A model generated the notes under the pieces. That model had not been told where the DNA came from and did no database searches. It worked only from the letters and a program-made list of their open reading frames with translations. A stretch of 64,000 nt of DNA from an uncultured Verrucomicrobiae bacterium (GTDB lineage: Bacteria > Verrucomicrobiota > Verrucomicrobiia > Chthoniobacterales > Chthoniobacteraceae), in assembly GCA_963769025.1 (NCBI GenBank), contig CAVYKI010000009.1, positions 1,280,001-1,344,000 on the forward strand. Direction: 5' to 3'. This document shows, in pieces, positions 53,008 through 62,926 of this stretch. Both the position numbers and the translations under genes were made by a program. Each line of letters starts with the position of its first letter. Position 1 is the stretch's first letter.

Positions 53008-54573
53008 CTACTGCGCCGCGGCTGCCTTTTTCTTTGCGCCTTTCGCTCCTTTGCGCACTTGGATCTCGACTGCATTTTTTTGCGCTTCACCGGGCGTGCT
53101 GCGTCCGTCGGCGATGTATTTGTCCAGCAATCCGCCGAGACGCTTCACCATTTCCGGGTGCTCCGCGGCGACGTTCTTCTGCTCAGCATGATCCGAGGCC
53201 AAGTCGTAAAGCTGGTCCGAAGGCAGATCCTTTTCCTCGGCCGTGCCGGGCCTTGGCGCGCTCCATCCGCCGCTGCCGGCGCACAGGATGAGCTTCCAAT
53301 TGCCCTCGCGGATCGCGAACGAGCCGTTGATCGAATGCGACACGAGCGCCGTGCGGCGCAGGCCGTCCGTGCCGAGCAGCACGGGAAGGAAACTCACGCT
53401 GTCCTCCGCTGCGCCCGCCGGGAGTTTCGCGCCAGTGACATCCGCCGCCGTCGCCATGAAGTCCGTGAGGCACACCGTCTGCCCGCTGCTCCCGCCGGCC
53501 TTCACTTTCCCCGGCCAGCTCACGATGAACGGCACCCGGTGCCCGCCTTCGAATATGTCCGCCTTGTGCCCGCGGAAACCCGCGCTCGGGTCATGCCCCT
53601 TCGCGCGCAGTTCGTCGAATTTCGCCTGCGGCGAGCAGCCGTTGTCGCTTGTGAAAATGAAGAGCGTGTTTCCGGCCGCGCCCGCCTTTTCCAGCGCGTC
53701 GAGCACCTGCCCGGTCGCCGCGTCCACCTGCATCACGAAGTCGCCGTACGCATTCAACCCGCTCTTCCCCTTCCACTCCGGCGACGGGTTGGTCGGCGTG
53801 TGCGGCGCATTCAGCGGCATGTACAGAAAGAACGGCTTCCCTGCTTTCGCAGCCTTCCCGATCCACTCCGACGCCTTCTCCACGAGCTTCGGCAGCACGT
53901 CCACCGCCTCGAATCCCTCCGCAGCCGGCCCCTTCCTCGTCATGCCGCCATTTTCGCGATCCGTCATCATGGGAAAGGCCGCTTCCTTCGTTGGAACGGC
54001 CGTCACGCGATCGTTCTCGATGTACGTGTAAGGCACCATGTCGAGCGACGCCGCGATGCCGAAGTAGTAGTCGAACCCGACCGCATTCGGCCCGTTCGCG
54101 ATGGGCTTCTTGAAATCCACGCTCCACACCTGATCCGGCTTCTCGATGTTCAGCGCCTCGACCTGTTTCCCCTCGTGCTTTGCCCAATCCATCCCGAGGT
54201 GCCACTTGCCGACGCACGCCGTCGCGTAGCCGCTGTCCTTCAGCAGCTGAGCGACGGTGAGCCGCCCTTCCTCGATCAGCCGCGGACTCAGCCCACCGAG
54301 CACGCCGCTCTGGAGTTTTGTCCGCCAGTTGTAGCGCCCGGTGAGCAGCCCGTATCGCGTCGGAGTGCAGACGGCGGACGGCGTGTGAGCGTCGGTGAAC
54401 TTCATGCCCGCCGCAGCGAGACGGTCCAGATTGGGCGTCGCGATTTTCCCCTCGGGATTGAAAGAGCGCACGTCGCCGATGCCGAGATCGTCGGCGAGTA
54501 TGAAGACGATGTTCGGCCTGTCCGCAGCGGTGGCGACGGAGACGACGGCGAGAAGCAACGGGAGGAAGCGCAT
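53008..54573 (-). CDS. Secreted arylsulfatase-like sulfatase
   Basis: 'ADDLGIGD', CTPTR, 'GKWHLG', 'SDNG', 'EGGHRVP'. Confidence 0.93.
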   Translation of the reverse strand: MRFLPLLLAVVSVATAADRPNIVFILADDLGIGDVRSFNPEGKIATPNLDRLAAAGMKFTDAHTPSAVCTPTRYGLLTGRYNWRTKLQSGVLGGLSPRLIEEGRLTVAQLLKDSGYATACVGKWHLGMDWAKHEGKQVEALNIEKPDQVWSVDFKKPIANGPNAVGFDYYFGIAASLDMVPYTYIENDRVTAVPTKEAAFPMMTDRENGGMTRKGPAAEGFEAVDVLPKLVEKASEWIGKAAKAGKPFFLYMPLNAPHTPTNPSPEWKGKSGLNAYGDFVMQVDAATGQVLDALEKAGAAGNTLFIFTSDNGCSPQAKFDELRAKGHDPSAGFRGHKADIFEGGHRVPFIVSWPGKVKAGGSSGQTVCLTDFMATAADVTGAKLPAGAAEDSVSFLPVLLGTDGLRRTALVSHSINGSFAIREGNWKLILCAGSGGWSAPRPGTAEEKDLPSDQLYDLASDHAEQKNVAAEHPEMVKRLGGLLDKYIADGRSTPGEAQKNAVEIQVRKGAKGAKKKAAAAQ

Positions 54574-54771
54574 CGCGCGACAATGCAATCGCCGCCGCGA
54601 AGTGCAAGCCGAGCCGCATCCGGACGCGTGCAGAAAAATACCTTTCCCCGTCACTCCAAGTGCTGCGCACGCCTGCACGTCGGAGCCGGCGCGAGCAGCT
54701 CCCCGCCAGACTGTACGCTACACTGTTGCGCAGCCCGTTCCGTCTTCTCACCGGTGTCTCACATCCTTCAT

Positions 54772-54808
54772 TTCAACTGCGGGACGTTTGTTCGAAACCG
54801 CAGTTGAA
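54772..54808. promoter_or_regulatory. Perfect 11-bp inverted repeat upstream of the RDD operon
   Basis: ttcaactgcgg-N15-ccgcagttgaa; right arm overlaps a TTGAAT -35-like hexamer. Confidence 0.45.
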
Positions 54809-54841
54809 TCCCGCCCCGCCAGCCGCTACCCATCCGCCGCG

Positions 54842-55558
54842 ATGGCCCCGACCGAGAAGATTGACACACTCCAGACGATCGAGATCGCCGAGGGCGTGCA
54901 GATCCAGCTCAAGCCGGCCGGGCCGTGCGTGCGGATGGCGGCATACACCCTGGACCTCATCTACTTTTTCGTCGCCCTGCTGATCCTCGGCATGGTCGTG
55001 AGCGTCGTCGGAACATACTTCGGCACGGGTGTCGGCCGCGGTTTCTACTCGCTCGCGTTTTTCCTGCTGAACTGGTTTTACTTCGTCTGGTACGAAGTGC
55101 GGCGCGGGGATTCGCCGGGGAAGAAGAGCATGGGGCTGAAAGTGGTCACCACGTCCGGCTCACCGCCGACGCTCGGCGCCTCCATGCTGCGAAATTTGCT
55201 GCGCTTCGCGGACTTCCTGCCGTTCGGATATCTGTTCGGCGTGGTCACGTGCCTCTCGAACCGCAACTTCCAGCGCATCGGCGATCTCGTGGCTGATACG
55301 CTCGTGGTCTATGCTGCCAAGCCGGACAAAAGCGAAAAGGCGCTGCTGCTGAAAACTCCCGTCACACCCCTCGCGCCGCGCGCCGTGCTCAGCCGCGAGG
55401 AGCAGTCCGCGCTCGTGCAATTCCTCGACCGCGCCGAGCTCTGGTCGCCATCGCGCAAGGAGGAGCTCGCCGACCACGTGCAGCCGCTGACCGGAGCGAC
55501 CGGAAAGGAAGGCGTGAGCCGCACGCTCTCGATGGGCGCGTGGCTGCGTGACTCATGA
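54842..55558 (+). CDS. RDD family membrane protein
   Basis: 'R.AAY.LD', 'SPGKK.MGLKV', 'RN.LRFAD', 'QRIGDLVA.T'. Confidence 0.9.
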   Translation: MAPTEKIDTLQTIEIAEGVQIQLKPAGPCVRMAAYTLDLIYFFVALLILGMVVSVVGTYFGTGVGRGFYSLAFFLLNWFYFVWYEVRRGDSPGKKSMGLKVVTTSGSPPTLGASMLRNLLRFADFLPFGYLFGVVTCLSNRNFQRIGDLVADTLVVYAAKPDKSEKALLLKTPVTPLAPRAVLSREEQSALVQFLDRAELWSPSRKEELADHVQPLTGATGKEGVSRTLSMGAWLRDS

Positions 55559-56520
55559 AGCGGAGCACCTTTGAAAAGACGAACGCGAAGGCGTGGGACG
55601 AGCTCGATCACATCGTCAGCGAAATCGAGAAGCGCCGCGAGTCGCCCGACGCCGCGCGCGTACCCGCGCTCCTCCGGCAGGTGTGCGGCGACCTCTCGCT
55701 CGCACAGCAGCGGATGTACGGGAGGCGGCTGTGCGACCGGCTGAATGCGCTCGTCATCTCCACCTACGGCCTCATGCGCCGCGCGAGTGCGCGCAGCGGC
55801 GAGCGGGCGCTGAAATTCGTCACGGCCACCTTTCCCAGCGCGCTGCGCGCGGAATGGCGGCTGTTCTGGCTGAACATGGCGCTCTTCTGGGTGCCGATGT
55901 TCGCCTTCATCGCGGCCGCGCATTTTGATCCCCGCTGGATTTTCGCGATCATCACGCCATCCATGCAGGCGGACATGGATCAGATGTACAGCGCCGCCGC
56001 GCCCATCGAGGCCATGCGGACGAAGTACGGCAGCGATTTCATGATGTGGGCCTTCTACATCCAGAACAACGTGGGCATCGGCTTCCGCATCTTCGCCGGC
56101 GGCGTCCTGCTCACGCTCGGCGCGATCTTTTTCATCGGCTACAACGGCCTGCTCATCGGCGCCACCACCGGCTACATCCACTACGCGGGCCACACGCAGA
56201 ATTTCTACCGTTTCGTCGTCGGCCATTCGTCGCTGGAGCTCATCGGGCTCATCATCTGCGGCGTCGCCGGGATGCGGCTCGGGCTCGCGATTTTGAAACC
56301 CGGCCGCCTCACGCGCCGCGACGCCCTGCGCAGCGCCGGACACCGCGCGTTGCCGCTGCTCACCGGCGGCTCGCTGATGATTTTCCTGGCCGCGTTCGTC
56401 GAGGGATTCTGGTCCGCGTCGCACGCTCCGGCATGGGCGAAATACACGGCCGGCATCACGCTCTGGGTCCTGCTCACGCTCTACCTTTTGCTCGCCGGGA
56501 GGAAAGCGGATGCAACTTGA
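55555..56520 (+). CDS. SpoIIM (DUF95) family membrane protein
   Basis: 'YIQNN', 'YNG', 'GHS.LEL', 'AAFVEGF'. Confidence 0.9.
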   Translation: MKRSTFEKTNAKAWDELDHIVSEIEKRRESPDAARVPALLRQVCGDLSLAQQRMYGRRLCDRLNALVISTYGLMRRASARSGERALKFVTATFPSALRAEWRLFWLNMALFWVPMFAFIAAAHFDPRWIFAIITPSMQADMDQMYSAAAPIEAMRTKYGSDFMMWAFYIQNNVGIGFRIFAGGVLLTLGAIFFIGYNGLLIGATTGYIHYAGHTQNFYRFVVGHSSLELIGLIICGVAGMRLGLAILKPGRLTRRDALRSAGHRALPLLTGGSLMIFLAAFVEGFWSASHAPAWAKYTAGITLWVLLTLYLLLAGRKADAT

Positions 56521-57975
56521 AGACCTCACTGCGGAGGTGCGTCCGCGCAGCCATTGGGAAGCCGTGGATCTCGGGTTTGCGCTCGTGCGCCGCCATTTTC
56601 CGAGGCTGCTCGCCTCATGGCTCCTGTGCGTCGGGCCGCTCTGGGCCGCATTGCTGCTCCTCACGCGCTGGGTTCCGCCGGGACTGATCATTTTTGTGAT
56701 CTGGTGGCTGAAGCCCGTGTATGGCCGCGTGATTCTGTTCCACCTCAGCCGCGCGCTGTTCGGTGCGACGCCGAAACTGCGCGACACGCTTCGCGCGTGG
56801 CCGGGACTGCTCCTCTCGCACCTGCCGTTCGCGCTGATCGGAGGCCGCCTCAGCACGCAGCGCGGCCTGCTGCTGCCCGTGCAGATGCTCGAGGGTTTGA
56901 AAGGGCGCGCGCGCAAGGAACGCAGCAAGGTCATCGCGCGCCACTCGGGGAGCACCGCATCGTCGCTCCTGTTTTGCTGCGCGGGCTATGAGCTGTTTCT
57001 CGCCGGCGCGTTCGTGTCGCTGCTCCTCATGATGCTGCCGGAGACCGCGACCTCGGAACTTTTCGAGTCGCTTCTCGACCTCGGCATTCTGCGCAACGGC
57101 ATCCCTCCCGCCCTGCTCTGGTTCGCACTCGGGAGCTGGCTCGCGGCGATGACGCTGGTGGAGATTTTCTATATCGGCGGCAGCTTCGGCCTCTACCTGA
57201 ACTGCCGCACCCACCTCGAAGGCTGGGACGTCGAACTCACCTTCCGCCGCATCGGCAGGCGGCTCGCAGGCGTCGCCACAGCACTCGCGCTGCTGCTCTG
57301 CCTGCCTGCATCCGGCGCGGTGAAACGCGAAGATTCCACCGCGGTCGAAAAGGAAAAGGCGGACGCCCGTGCCGAGATTTCCACGGTGCTCGCGCACGAG
57401 GATTTCAAGATTCACAAAATCAAAGTCCGCGTGCCGAAGGGCGGTGAAACGAGTTCGGGCGGTTCCAACTTCGGCGGGATTTTCAATGTCATCGGCTACG
57501 CGATCTTCTGGGCCGTCGTCGCCTTCGCTGTCTGGAAGCTCGTCGAATTCATCATCCGCAACCGGCATTTGCTCAAGCAACGTGCGCGCAAGGACGCCGC
57601 ACCCGTGCCCGTGGCGAAATCCGTGATGGGTCTCGACCTCACGCCCGATTCGCTGCCGGCCGATGTGGTCCGCGCTGCGCGGGAAAAATGGGAGGCAGGC
57701 GACTTTCACGGCGCGCTGAGCCTGCTCTACCGCGGAGCGCTGAGCTGGCTGCTCGTCCACGCCGCACTGCCGGTGCGCGACAGCGACACCGAGGGCGACT
57801 GCCTGCGCCACACGCAAAACCTCCCGGATGCACCGCCGCGCGGAGTTACTTCGAAAAGCTCACCGTGCAGTGGATCGCCGCGGCGTATGGAAACCGCGCA
57901 CCCGCGGAACCAATCATGCACGCGCTTTTCGACGACTGGCCCTTCGGCGCTCGCACCGGGAGGAAATCACCATGA
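56510..57975 (+). CDS. Membrane protein with C-terminal DUF4129; frameshift near 57840
   Basis: 'RPRS.WEA.DLG', 'LYLN.R..LEGWD.E', 'ALSLLYRG', 'TEGDC', 'W..AAYG'. Confidence 0.82.
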
Positions 57976-59091
57976 CGGCGGTCCGGCACTTCCTGGCGAT
58001 CATCGCGGCATTCGCGCTCCTCGGCTGCAGCGGCGAGGAGGTCGAGATCGAAACCGGCCACCGTGGAAAGGCGCGGCGCGATCCCTTCCTCGCCGCCGAG
58101 CGCTTCCTCGCGGAAAACGACTTCGACGTCTCCACGCACACGTGGCTCGGCGAAGGCCTGCCGGAAGGCGCGACGCTCATCGCCACCGCACAGTCCTTCG
58201 GCAACCGCGGCACGACCGACACCGTCCTCGACTGGGTCTCGCGCGGCGGGAACCTGCTGCTGCTCCTCGATGGCGGCGAGACTTTCCGCGGCGACTGGGA
58301 TCCCGACCGCCCTGACCGCGGCACGCGCTCGCAGCCCGAGCGTGCGGAACTCCTGGAAAAGCTCGGCATCGACAAGGTCACGGGCGGCGGCGGCGAGCTG
58401 ACGGCAAAGCTCGGCGACAGTTCCGCCCCGGTGAAGCATCCCCGCGCGCTTCACGTGGCAAAAGGACCGCGCGCCGGGCCGCATCGATATCACCGCCGCC
58501 GACGGAAACTCGCTTGCCCTCGCCAGTTTCCGCAGCGGCAACGGGCGCATCTCGATCGCCGCGCACGCCGAGCCGTTTCGCAACCGCCGCCTCGGCGACG
58601 GCGACAACGCGTGGCTGCTGCTCCGCCTCGTCGGCAACCCGCGCGACGGCGAAGTGTGGATCCTGAACGGCGTGAAGGTCTCCTTCTTTGCGATGCTCTG
58701 GGAACACGGCTGGATGGCGATCATCGCCGCCGGCGCGCTGCTCGCGGCGTGGCTGTGGAAATACCTGCCGCGCTTCGGCCCGCTGCAGGCCGCGAAGGAC
58801 ACGGGCACGCGCGATTTCGCCGAGCATCTCTCGCTCACCGGCGCATTTCTCTGGCGGCACCGCCAGCGCGCGCAGCTCATCGGGCCGCTGCGCGAAACGG
58901 TCACACGCGGCGCCGTCCGCCGCGGACTGCTGCGGAACGATCCCGAGTTTCCCGAAAAGCTCGCGGCCTTCGCGCAGATGGACGCGCTGCGTGTCCGCGC
59001 CGCGCTGCTCAGCGAGAACATCGGCGACCCGCGCACTTTTCTCCGCGCCATCCAGGACCTCCGCCAGCTCCACGACAAGGTCAGCGCCTGA
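57972..59091 (+). CDS. DUF4350 protein with lipobox; frameshift(s) near 58430-58490
   Basis: LLGC, 'AR.DPFLAAERFL', 'WVSRGG.L', 'F.N..LGD.DNA.L', 'RFGP'. Confidence 0.8.
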
Positions 59092-59132
59092 CCGCAGCCC
59101 CCACTTTTCAAACTCCCGACACCGCACACACC

Positions 59133-60113
59133 ATGGAAACGAACACCGACGCCAATCCCCAGCAGCCATTCGAACACGCGACCGCGATCGTCGCCGCCAT
59201 CCGCGCGGAGGTGACGAAGGTCTTCGTCGGCCAGACCGCGATTCTCGACCAGGTGCTCGCCGCGTTCCTCGCGGGCGGCCACGTGCTGCTCGAGGGCAAG
59301 CCCGGCCTCGGCAAGACGCATCTCGTGCTCGCGCTCGCAAAGACGTTCGGCGGCAATTTCCGGCGCATCCAGTTCACGCCGGACCTCATGCCGAGCGACG
59401 TCACCGGCCACACGCTCTACGACATGGGCGCGCAGCAGTTCCGGCTGCGGCGCGGGCCGGTCTTCACGAATCTCCTGCTCGCCGACGAAATCAACCGCGC
59501 GCCCGCAAAGACACAGGCCGCGCTGCTGGAGGTGATGCAGGAAGTGCAGGTGACCATCGACGGCGAGAGCCACGCGCTGCCGCCGCCATTCATGACGCTC
59601 GCGACGCAGAACCCCATCGAGCAGGAAGGCACGTATCCGCTGCCCGAGGCGCAGCTCGATCGGTTCCTCATGAAGGTGCTCATCGAGTATCCCGAAAAGG
59701 ACGACGAGGAGCGCATCGTCGGCGAACTGCTGAACGGCAGCGGCCTCCGCATCCCCGACCTTGCGCACGTCTGCACCGTCGAGGACATCCTCGCCGTGCA
59801 GCAGACCGTCGCCTCCACGCAGGTGATGCACGAGGTGATCGCCTACGCCGTGCGCCTCGTCCGCGCGACACGCGAGACGCAGGGCATCGCGCTGGGCGCC
59901 GGGACGCGCGGCGCGATCAGCCTCGTGCGCGTGGCAAAGTCGTTCGCCGTGATGCAGGGCCGCAACTTCGTGACGCCGGACGACATCAAGAGCGCCGCGC
60001 TCCCCGTGCTGCGGCATCGCATCGCCATCGCGCCGGAGCTCGCCATCAGCGGGCAGAATCTCGACGACATGCTCACGGCCATCATCAGCACCACCGAGGC
60101 GCCGCGCCGATGA
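59133..60113 (+). CDS. MoxR-family AAA+ ATPase
   Basis: 'GKPGLGKT', 'RIQFTPDLMPSD', 'DEINRA', 'QNPIEQEGTYPLPEAQLDRF'. Confidence 0.95.
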   Translation: METNTDANPQQPFEHATAIVAAIRAEVTKVFVGQTAILDQVLAAFLAGGHVLLEGKPGLGKTHLVLALAKTFGGNFRRIQFTPDLMPSDVTGHTLYDMGAQQFRLRRGPVFTNLLLADEINRAPAKTQAALLEVMQEVQVTIDGESHALPPPFMTLATQNPIEQEGTYPLPEAQLDRFLMKVLIEYPEKDDEERIVGELLNGSGLRIPDLAHVCTVEDILAVQQTVASTQVMHEVIAYAVRLVRATRETQGIALGAGTRGAISLVRVAKSFAVMQGRNFVTPDDIKSAALPVLRHRIAIAPELAISGQNLDDMLTAIISTTEAPRR

Positions 60114-61414
60114 TTCCGACGCGGCGCACCATGCGGCTGCTGGCGTTCTGGGTCGTGCTGGGAATCGGCGCGTCCGTGTGGAGCCGTTTCAGCGTGCTGT
60201 GGCTCGGTGCCCTCGCGCTGCTCCTGCCCGCGATGCTCGTGGATGCGCTGCTGCTGTTCCGCCTGAAACCGATCACGGTGACGCGCAAGCTGCCCGGCCG
60301 TTTCGCCGTCGGCGTCGCGAGGGAAATTGCGGTCACGCTCAGGAATCCGAATGCGCGCGCGCTCGTGCTGGAGTTTTTCGAGGGCCTGCCGGAAACCATC
60401 GAAAGCGCGCAGCTCCCGTGGCGCGGCGACGTGCCGGGACACGGCTTCACCGAAGTGCGCTACGAGGTGACGCCGCTCGCGCGCGGGCCGTTCACTTTCA
60501 CCGGCAGCCATCTGCGCGTGGAATCGCCGCTCGGCCTCTGGCAGCGCCGGCTGCGCTCCGGCGGGGCCGCGGAGGTGAAGGTGTATCCGAACTACGAACC
60601 CGTCGTCCGCTACACGCTGCTCGCGATGAGCAATCGCCTGAGCCAGATGGGCATCGTCTCGAAGAACCGCGCGGGACAGAGCCGCGAATTCCATCAGCTC
60701 CGCGAATACATGGACGGCGACGTCCTTTCGCAGGTGGACTGGAAGGCGACCGCGCGCAGCGGCCATCTCATCTCGCGCGAGTATCGCGAACAGCGCGACC
60801 AGACCATCGTCTTCATGCTCGATTGCGGACGGCGGATGCGCGCCATCGACGGGGCGCTTCCGCAGTTCGACCACTGCCTGAACGCCGCGCTGCTGCTCAG
60901 CTACATCGCGCTGCGGCAGGGCGACCGCATCGGCGTGATGGGCTTTGGCGGCACGGAACGCTGGCTGCCGCCCGTGAAGGGCCAGCACTCGATGAGCACC
61001 GTCCTGAACCACCTCTACGACTACCGCAGCAGTTCCGCGTCGAGCGATTTCACCGAGGCCGCCGAGCGGCTCATGGCCGTGCAGCGCCGCCGCGCGCTCG
61101 TCGTGCTGCTCACGAATCTCCGCTCCGAGGACAGCGCGCACCTTCTCCCGCCGCTGCGGCTGCTGCGCCGCAGGCACCTCGTCGTCGTCGCCAGCATGCG
61201 CGAGCAAAATGTCACCGACCGGCTCCGCGAACCCGTCGTGCGGTTCGAGGACGCGCTCTTCACCGCCGCCGGCCACGGGTATTTTGCGGAGCGGGAAAAT
61301 TTCCTGGCAAACCTCCGCGACCACGGGGTGATGGCGCTCGACGAAACCGCCGCGAGCCTGCCCGCCGCGCTCGCAAACGCCTACCACGACATCAAGCGCC
61401 GCGGCGCGCTGTGA
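60110..61414 (+). CDS. DUF58 (vWA-like) protein
   Basis: 'EF.QLREY..GD', 'DWKATAR', 'LDCGR.M'. Confidence 0.9.
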   Translation: MIPTRRTMRLLAFWVVLGIGASVWSRFSVLWLGALALLLPAMLVDALLLFRLKPITVTRKLPGRFAVGVAREIAVTLRNPNARALVLEFFEGLPETIESAQLPWRGDVPGHGFTEVRYEVTPLARGPFTFTGSHLRVESPLGLWQRRLRSGGAAEVKVYPNYEPVVRYTLLAMSNRLSQMGIVSKNRAGQSREFHQLREYMDGDVLSQVDWKATARSGHLISREYREQRDQTIVFMLDCGRRMRAIDGALPQFDHCLNAALLLSYIALRQGDRIGVMGFGGTERWLPPVKGQHSMSTVLNHLYDYRSSSASSDFTEAAERLMAVQRRRALVVLLTNLRSEDSAHLLPPLRLLRRRHLVVVASMREQNVTDRLREPVVRFEDALFTAAGHGYFAERENFLANLRDHGVMALDETAASLPAALANAYHDIKRRGAL

Positions 61415-61462
61415 GCTGCGCCGCGTGCGCTTGCATCCACCCTCTCCGGCGCATACGCCGGA

Positions 61463-62222
61463 ATGAGCCACCAACGCATGCCCCGAACCATCCGCTGCCT
61501 CCTCGTCATTCTCCCGCTCGCGCTTTTTGCCGGATGCGGGACAGTGTCGCCGTTGCCGGGAGGCAAGGTCAGCGTGAACCGCGACACATGGGGGCACCGC
61601 CCGGGCGCGCGCGGATTTTCCACGGTCATCCTCGACGCCGGGCATGGCGGAAAGGATCAGGGCGCGACGAGCCGCGCACTGGGACTGAAGGAGAAGGACC
61701 TCGCGCTCGAAATGGTGAAGCGGGTCCGGAGCGAACTCAGCGGCAGCGTGCGCACGGTGCTGACGCGGAGTTCCGATGTGTTCGTGGAACTGGAAGATCG
61801 CGTCGCCATGGTCAACCGCCGCAGCGACGCGATCCTCGTGAGCATCCACTTCAATTCCGGCCGTTCGAGGATCGCAGGGCCCGAGGTCTATTATTGGCGC
61901 GTGGACAGCTACTCGCTCGGCAAGCGCATCCAGGCCGCGCTTTCACGCGTCGCGCCGGATGAGAATGGCAACCGCGGCCTCGTCCGCCGCCGACTGCGCC
62001 TCACGCGCAATCCCGAGCTCGCCTGCGTGCTCGTCGAGTGCGGCTACCTCAGCAACCGCAGCGAGGCGCAACGCATCGCCGGTTCCTACTACCGTGCGCG
62101 CCTCGCCAAGGCGATCGCCGGTGCGATTCTCGACTCAGCGTGCCGAGGGCGACGGAGGCGTCGGCACGCTGCCCAAGCCAATCTACGCCCCGCGGAGCAA
62201 ATCCACCGACCGCCGCCAATAG
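61463..62222 (+). CDS. N-acetylmuramoyl-L-alanine amidase (Amidase_3) lipoprotein; frameshift near 62140
   Basis: FAGC lipobox, 'LDAGHGG.D.G', 'EK', 'SIHFN', 'LVECGYLSN'. Confidence 0.9.
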
Positions 62223-62312
62223 CTGCGGAAGAGTGAGCGGATAGGGCTTTGCGTCCACTGCCGGATCGTCTAGGCAACCCGCCTGCGCAATCGCGAAGTC
62301 CGTTGCGCGCCG

Positions 62313-62870
62313 ATGCAAGCCGAAGTCTTTTTCATCTACCACAACGGAGAACAGCGGGGCCCCTTCACTGCGGCCCAGGTGAACCATTGGCACCGTTGCG
62401 GATTCATCGACGACGACACGCTTTACTGGCGCGAGGGCCTGGAGCAATGGCAGCCGGTCGGGCAGATCGTCCTCCGCCGCAAACGCAGGAACCGCCTGCT
62501 TTTCTGGTTCATTCTCCTCGGCGCGCTCCTCGTCATCGCGCCGCTTGTCATGCTCTTCGGGCCGGTCACCGCGGATGCATGGCGTGAACTGACCAGCGGC
62601 GAACTTACCGAAGAGTCCGCGTGGTGGCGGGCCCGCGGCCTCGTCCGCGATCAGCTTCCGAAGGGCACGCAGGTCCGCTTCGATCCGTTCTCCACGGCAC
62701 AGGTGACGCTGCAAGGCCGCGAAAGCGCGACCGTCATCCTCGGCGGCACGCTCACCCGCTCCGCCGGACCTTCCGAACATGGCGCCTGGCGCGTATTGCT
62801 CCGCTACGACGAGGGCCACGGCATTTGGGTTCCCGCGCCAAAGGCTGCCGCGTCGCCGCCTCCTCGGTGA
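62313..62870 (+). CDS. GYF_2 (DUF4339) domain membrane protein
   Basis: 'GEQRGPF', 'WREGLEQWQP' followed by a TM helix. Confidence 0.8.
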   Translation: MQAEVFFIYHNGEQRGPFTAAQVNHWHRCGFIDDDTLYWREGLEQWQPVGQIVLRRKRRNRLLFWFILLGALLVIAPLVMLFGPVTADAWRELTSGELTEESAWWRARGLVRDQLPKGTQVRFDPFSTAQVTLQGRESATVILGGTLTRSAGPSEHGAWRVLLRYDEGHGIWVPAPKAAASPPPR

Positions 62871-62926
62871 CCGCGGCACGGCGGCGCTTGCCATCGCTGT
62901 GCCGCCGCAGTCTATTTCGCGCCCCC

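Noticed and set aside
55555..56520. SpoIIM and SpoIIE-type genes as evidence of sporulation
   Set aside because: Both families are widespread in non-sporulating bacteria and no other sporulation genes are present.
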